64,000 nt of DNA from positions 186,001 to 250,000 of the forward strand of contig CBFDEM010000048.1 in assembly GCA_965603825.1 (NCBI GenBank), given 5' to 3'. Position 1 is the stretch's first letter, and every line of letters starts with the position of its first letter. Origin of the DNA: Blepharisma stoltei ATCC 30299. Taxonomy: Eukaryota; Protista; Ciliophora. The notes under the pieces were generated by a model. The model saw only the letters and a program-made list of their open reading frames with translations. It was not told the origin of the DNA and made no database searches. Shown one piece after another: positions 63,116 through 64,000 of the stretch. The position numbers were made by a program, and so were the translations under genes.

Positions 63116-64000
63116 ATGGGCCAACTATGTATGAAATTAAAACCAAATCGCTATTTAGAAGCAGACAAAAACAACGACGGGACAGGCGAAGAAAGAACCT
63201 TCCTAAACAGAGTCCCAAAGACAGACCGCAAAAAAAGTGCAGTCCATGACGAAGAATCTGCAATAAGAGAACAATCCGAAAAAAAGAAAAAATCAAAATC
63301 TCCAATGCCACTAGGAATGGCCTACATAGAAGCACAAGACGCTGAAATTGATCCCCAAGCCCAGAAATCTCAAGACGACAAGAAACTTATAATAACAGCC
63401 TTGAACAATCATTTTATTTTTACAAGCCTAACTGATGAAGACAAAGATATGGTCGCTGAATCAATGCAGCTCTATATCTTTCAAATTGGGAGCACAGTTT
63501 TTGAGCAAGAAAAACCTTCAAGATCGTATTATGTCGTAAAAAGCGGGGTCCTTGAAGTTCTCGTCAATGGAAAAAGAGTCAATCGAATCCATCCAGGCGA
63601 AGGATTTGGGGAATTAGCCTTACTTCATGATAATCCGAGGTCTGCCACAGTGAGGTGTCTGGATAAAACTTTGCTGTGAGGGATTGAAAGACAGACTTTT
63701 AGAAAAGTTATTGAAGAAATGAATACGCAAATTTATGAACAAAATAGAGAATTTCTTGAAAAAGTCGCTTTACTGCAGCCACTCAGCTCAAGGCAAAAGG
63801 ATTCGCTGGCTGCTTCTCTTGTAGCTTGCAAGTATACTTCAGGACAGAAAATCATTTCTGAAGGAGAAAGCGGACAGCAGCTGTTTATCATTAAAGAAGG
63901 AACTGTTTCTGTACAAAAAGGGTCGCAGGAAATAGCGAGGCTGCATGCTGGAGGCTATTTTGGAGAAATGGCGCTGCTTACAAATGCTCCAAGATCAGCT
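63116..64000 (+). CDS. 5' part of cyclic-nucleotide-binding protein, probably cGMP-dependent protein kinase
   Basis: MGQLC (myristoylation/palmitoylation-like); tandem cNMP domains (FGELALLHDNPRSAT, FGEMALLTNAPRSA); TGA 63677-63679 = Trp; kinase domain lies outside the window. Confidence 0.8.

Noticed and set aside
1923-63335. Numerous short antisense or alternate-frame ORFs in the track (e.g. 6876-7337, 28521-29039, 58147-58581)
   Set aside because: Shadows of well-supported genes with no independent motifs

Overview
AT-rich, gene-dense eukaryotic DNA with the signature of a heterotrich ciliate macronuclear chromosome, most consistent with Blepharisma (inference). TGA is read as Trp and TAA/TAG are stops. 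Spliceosomal introns are only 15 nt (one candidate is 16 nt), with GT...AG ends and an invariant A at -6. The supplied standard-code ORFs are therefore gene fragments; rejoined, they give about 33 protein genes. These include an ABHD13-like hydrolase, a HEAT-repeat protein, a tubulin deglutamylase (CCP/AGBL), a membrane phosphodiesterase, PCBD, a histidine phosphatase, TMEM33, GDT1, HBS1 and RPL6. Larger or unusual ones are a degenerate histidine-kinase/receiver hybrid, a ~2070-aa EF-hand calpain, a WD40/TRP-like channel fusion, a ~3790-aa LamG-like/Cys-rich multipass surface protein and the start of a PKG-like kinase. The most unexplained element is a ~150-nt GC-rich intergenic island (48245-48396) that folds into a multi-stem RNA I cannot assign to a known family. 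No rRNA, tRNA, CRISPR array or intact mobile element was recognised.
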